Part shown: positions 60,563 to 64,000 of the stretch, in pieces
Numbering within the stretch: position 1 is the stretch's first letter
Layout of the letters: the number at the start of each line of letters is the position of its first letter
Assembly: GCA_965223845.1 (NCBI GenBank)
Contig: CBDCXR010000004.1
Span: 7,328,001-7,392,000, forward strand
Source: Planctomycetota bacterium
GTDB taxonomy: Bacteria; Planctomycetota; UBA8108; SXIK01
Direction: 5' to 3'
Length of the DNA stretch: 64,000 nucleotides
Position numbers and translations under genes: made by a program
The notes under the pieces: model-generated
Database searches by the model: none
Told to the model about the DNA's origin: nothing
What the model saw: the letters and a program-made list of their open reading frames with translations, nothing else

Positions 60563-61667
60563 TCATCCTCTTCGAAAAACCAGACGCCGAGGACCCACCG
60601 AACGCCACGATCGCCCGACCATCCCGAAACGGCTCCGCCGCCAAAAACCCGAACGGAAGAACGAGAGTGCCGGAGCGGTCGACATAACCCCAACGCTCCC
60701 CGCGTTGCGCCGCAGCGAGGCCCTCGCTCAGCGCACCGAGCCTGCCCTCGTGTCGACCGAGGACACGCCCATCGGGATCGACGATCTCCCAGACGTCCCG
60801 GCTGCGAACGATCGCGACGCCGTCCGTGAAGTCGAGCACCTCGTCGTGCTTCGCCGGAAGGCGCCAAGCTCCGGCTCGATCGATGTATCCCCACGCGCTT
60901 CCCGCGCGCGCGGCCGCAAGCGCGCCGGCGAAGTCGCGAGCTTCCTCGACGCCGCTCGGCCGGAGCTTCACGTCGCCGAGGCGATCTAGAAACACGACCT
61001 CGCCGTTCTTCTTCGCGCGTGCGAGCCCCCCCGCAAAGGGAGCCGCATGCTCCAGCGTAAGTCCGATGGCGACGCGCCCCTCGCGATCGATGTATCCGTA
61101 GCGTTCGTCCTTCGCGACCGGTGCGAGGCCCTCGTGGAACGGGCCGCCGTCGTCGTAACGCGGGGCGACGACGACGAACCCGCGCCCGTCGATGTACCCA
61201 TGAAGCGTCCCGGCCACGACGCGCGCTCGCCCCTCGGAAAACGGCCCGAGCTCGTAGAATTGCGTCCGAATCTTGAGCTCGCCACGGCGGTCGATGTAGC
61301 CCGAGCCGTCTTCCGTCCACACGGGAGCGAAGCCAGCCGAGAATCGGCGCGCGCGCAGAAACGTCGGCGGGATGACGATCTTCCCCGCGCGATCGCAAAA
61401 GCCGAAGCGCGGCCCGGCGTCGGTGTCGACCTCGATCGCGGCGAGTCCCTCTGCGAACGAATCGAGCGAGCGGATCGCCGGGTCTGAGAAAACGACGCGT
61501 CCCGTTCGATCGATGGCACCAAAGAGCGGCGGAGGCTCGAAGTCGTCGCCCGTTTCGCGCTCAGCCGAGCCGCTCGCGGGTTCCTCGCCGAGACTCAAGA
61601 GGCGCGCGTTCGCAGAGATCGCCAGCATGATCACTGCGCAGAGACGAATGTATCTGGTCGTGCTCAT
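60513..61667 (-). CDS. WG-repeat protein
   Basis: Signal peptide; repeated F(S/A)EGLA...(W/Y)GYIDRxG units. Confidence 0.9.
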   Translation of the reverse strand: MSTTRYIRLCAVIMLAISANARLLSLGEEPASGSAERETGDDFEPPPLFGAIDRTGRVVFSDPAIRSLDSFAEGLAAIEVDTDAGPRFGFCDRAGKIVIPPTFLRARRFSAGFAPVWTEDGSGYIDRRGELKIRTQFYELGPFSEGRARVVAGTLHGYIDGRGFVVVAPRYDDGGPFHEGLAPVAKDERYGYIDREGRVAIGLTLEHAAPFAGGLARAKKNGEVVFLDRLGDVKLRPSGVEEARDFAGALAAARAGSAWGYIDRAGAWRLPAKHDEVLDFTDGVAIVRSRDVWEIVDPDGRVLGRHEGRLGALSEGLAAAQRGERWGYVDRSGTLVLPFGFLAAEPFRDGRAIVAFGGSSASGFSKRMITTKGTKDTKGREEER

Positions 61668-61744
61668 GATCCGAGCGTAACCGGGGGGATTCGTGCGAAT
61701 CCACTCCAGAGGCCCACTCCCGGGGACACGGGAAGCGGCGCGAT

Positions 61745-61924
61745 TCAGCGCGACCCGCTGCCCTCACGCTTGGGCGAGCTCGCCGCGTCGCCGCCGGGCG
61801 ACGCGCTCGTGCTCGACTCGCTCGAGGAGGTCGAACCGGACTCCGACGGCCCCGGACAGCCGACGAGAAAGACGCTCGCCACGAGCGCGGCGAGAACGGA
61901 GAGACGAAATCGATGGAGGGTCAT
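61745..61924 (-). CDS. Small Ser-rich lipoprotein
   Basis: MTLHRFRLSVLAALVASVFLVGC lipobox followed by a low-complexity tail. Confidence 0.5.
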   Translation of the reverse strand: MTLHRFRLSVLAALVASVFLVGCPGPSESGSTSSSESSTSASPGGDAASSPKREGSGSR

Positions 61925-62248
61925 GAGAGCTCGAATTCGAATGGCCCGGGTCGGAAGATCGATCTCCGACCGCTGCGAAGTGACCGATCGCCCCCGCGGC
62001 GATCGCATCGTGCGAACGATCGAGCGGACCGCGAGGTTCCCAGAGTCATCGAGTGCGTTGTCCCGGGCTCGATCGGGTCGATTTCACCGCCGCGCGTGCT
62101 TTCTATCGGTCTGGGGACAGAGTACGGTGAACGGACGAGGAATCGAGGGCGCGGAGCCGAGAATTGCCGGGCGTTCAGGACGCCCGGACAGGTTTCGTCG
62201 CCGCTTCCACGGAAGCGCAGCGGGGCACGGAGAGATCACGGAGGATCG

Positions 62249-64000
62249 ATGACGAGGGTACTTCGATTGAGGGCTTGTGGCGCGATCTTCGTGGCGTTGG
62301 TATTGAGCGCGTCAACCGCGCGTGGAGCCGAAGCCGACCCCGAGTGCCTGGAAGAGTGCGAGCGGGCCGCCAACGCCTCGTTCGAGGAGTGCCTCGAATC
62401 GGACGAAGCCGGTGAAGAAGAGTGCCGTGCGCGTCGCCGGCGGAAGCTCGAGGGGTGCATCGCAGAGCACTGCGAGCCCGATCCACCGCCTCCGCCGCCG
62501 ACGTGTGAGGATCTGTGCGAGAACCACGCCCGCGGAGTGTTCGCGGAGTGCAGGGAAGCAGGTGGTGGTGAGGAAGAGTGCGCTCGCCGCAGCGAGAACG
62601 CGTTTCTCGAGTGCGTGGAGCGCGAGTGCGAGGAACCACCTGAGCCGACGTGCGAGGATCTGTGCGCGAACCACGCCCGCGGAGTGTTCGCGGAGTGCTT
62701 AGAAGCGGGCGGCGGCGAGGAGGAATGTGCTCGCCGCAGTGAGAACGCATTTCTCGAGTGCGTGGAGCGCGAGTGCGAGGAACCACCTGAGCCGACGTGC
62801 GAGGATCTGTGCGAGAACCGCGCCCGCGGAGTGTTCGCGGAGTGCAGGGAAGCAGGTGGCGGCGAGGAAGAATGTGCTCGCCGCAGCGAGAACGCGTTTC
62901 TCGAGTGCGTGGAGCGCGAGTGCGAGGAACCACCTGAGCCGACGTGCGAGGATCTGTGTGCGAACCACGCCCGTCGCGTGTTCGTCGAGTGCAGGGAAGC
63001 AGGTGGCGGCGAGGAAGAATGTGCTCGCCGCAGCGAGAACGCGTTTCTCGAGTGCGTGAAGCGCGAGTGCGAGGAGCCACCTCCCCCGAGCTGTGAGCAC
63101 GCGTGCGAAATCCTCGCGAACGAAAAGTTCGAAGCGTGCCGCGAGGACGGCGGGGGCGAAGAGGAATGTCACCGCGTTCGCCGAACGAGCTTCGCGGCTT
63201 GCGTCGAACGCGAATGCGAGCCGCAGCCCGACTGCGAATCGCGCTGCCGAGCACGGGCGGAAGAGATCTTCGAGGCCTGCCGCGCCGATGGTGGCGGTGA
63301 GGACGCCTGCTGGGAAAACGCCCGTCGCTTCTTCGAAGAGTGCGTCGGCTCCGAGTGCGAAATGGAGCCTCCGCCGCCGCCTACGTGCGAAGACAAGTGC
63401 GAGCGAATCGCGGACGAGCGGTTCGAGGAATGCGTCGCCGCCGGCAACGGCGAGGAGGAGTGCGGCTCCAGGCGACGCGAATGGATTCGTGACTGCATCG
63501 CCGGCGAGTGTGAGCGGCCGGATCCGACCTGCGAGGAAGAATGCCGGCGCCATGCGCGTGAGGTGTTCGGGGCATGTATCGAAGACGGTGGGGAAGAGGA
63601 AGACTGTGCACGACGCGCAGCGAGCGCGCTCGAAGAGTGCGTCGGCGAGTGTCCGAGCGATCCGCCCGACGAGCCGAACTGCGAGGACCGCTGTCGGCGC
63701 GTCGCGGAGGAGGCGTTCGAGATGTGCGTCGCTCACGACGAGGATCCCGAAGAGTGCGAAGCCCGCGCGGGCCGGATCTTCCGCGAGTGCGCGGGACTTT
63801 GCCACGAACCGCCACCCGACGAACCTACGTGCGAGGATCGCTGCCGGCGACGGGCGCGCGCCGCGGTCGAGGAATGCCGTGAAGAGCACCGCGACGACGA
63901 TCCCGAGCGGAAGCACGACGATGATGACGAGCACGAGGGAGACGAGTGCGAAGCGCGCGGGGAGCGCGTCCTCATCGCGTGTCTCCGCGAGGAATGCCGC
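62249..64000 (+). CDS. Secreted Cys-rich acidic repeat protein (3' truncated by window, missing from ORF track)
   Basis: GGAGG RBS, ATG 62249, signal peptide MTRVLRLRACGAIFVALVLSASTARG, frame open to 64000, about 11 Cys-rich repeats. Confidence 0.85.
   Translation, partial: MTRVLRLRACGAIFVALVLSASTARGAEADPECLEECERAANASFEECLESDEAGEEECRARRRRKLEGCIAEHCEPDPPPPPPTCEDLCENHARGVFAECREAGGGEEECARRSENAFLECVERECEEPPEPTCEDLCANHARGVFAECLEAGGGEEECARRSENAFLECVERECEEPPEPTCEDLCENRARGVFAECREAGGGEEECARRSENAFLECVERECEEPPEPTCEDLCANHARRVFVECREAGGGEEECARRSENAFLECVKRECEEPPPPSCEHACEILANEKFEACREDGGGEEECHRVRRTSFAACVERECEPQPDCESRCRARAEEIFEACRADGGGEDACWENARRFFEECVGSECEMEPPPPPTCEDKCERIADERFEECVAAGNGEEECGSRRREWIRDCIAGECERPDPTCEEECRRHAREVFGACIEDGGEEEDCARRAASALEECVGECPSDPPDEPNCEDRCRRVAEEAFEMCVAHDEDPEECEARAGRIFRECAGLCHEPPPDEPTCEDRCRRRARAAVEECREEHRDDDPERKHDDDDEHEGDECEARGERVLIACLREECR
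62501..63088 (+). repeat. Four near-identical 147-bp coding tandem repeats
   Basis: First-Cys codons at 62504, 62651, 62798, 62945, 63092 (period 147). Confidence 0.92.

Noticed and set aside
62501-63088. Possible CRISPR array
   Set aside because: Units are 147-bp in-frame coding repeats without unique spacers; no cas genes in the window.

Overview
High-GC chromosomal window from a diderm bacterium, probably Planctomycetota (inferred from lpxA, an H-X9-DG pilin-like protein, DUF1080 and a dockerin-like FIRGD protein). The flanks carry housekeeping and accessory genes: pcm, metX, lpxA, pcnB, class II nrdJ, an OPT transporter, rpmB, a GcvT-family dehydrogenase, hom-thrC-thrB-lysC, lexA and ychF. 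The centre is a ~16.1 kb island (28121-44281) integrated at tRNA-Arg(CCT) and bounded by a 49-bp direct repeat. It encodes a tyrosine integrase, an RHH protein plus a 56-aa membrane ORF, an atypical IS91-like HUH protein inside a coupled operon behind a C4-like RNA structure, Zn-finger proteins, a HEPN-like protein and a serine recombinase. It also carries a tightly coupled four-gene operon hen1-pnkp-HD hydrolase-Mrr/nSTAND3, which is the best candidate for an undescribed defence/RNA-repair system. Other signals: three GAAC-N4-GTTC boxes at lexA, tandem NrdR boxes 1.4 kb upstream of nrdJ, a perfect 36-bp REP-like inverted repeat, and a secreted Cys-rich 49-aa repeat protein that runs off the window end and is absent from the ORF track. 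All family calls come from motif recognition by eye; no database searches were run.
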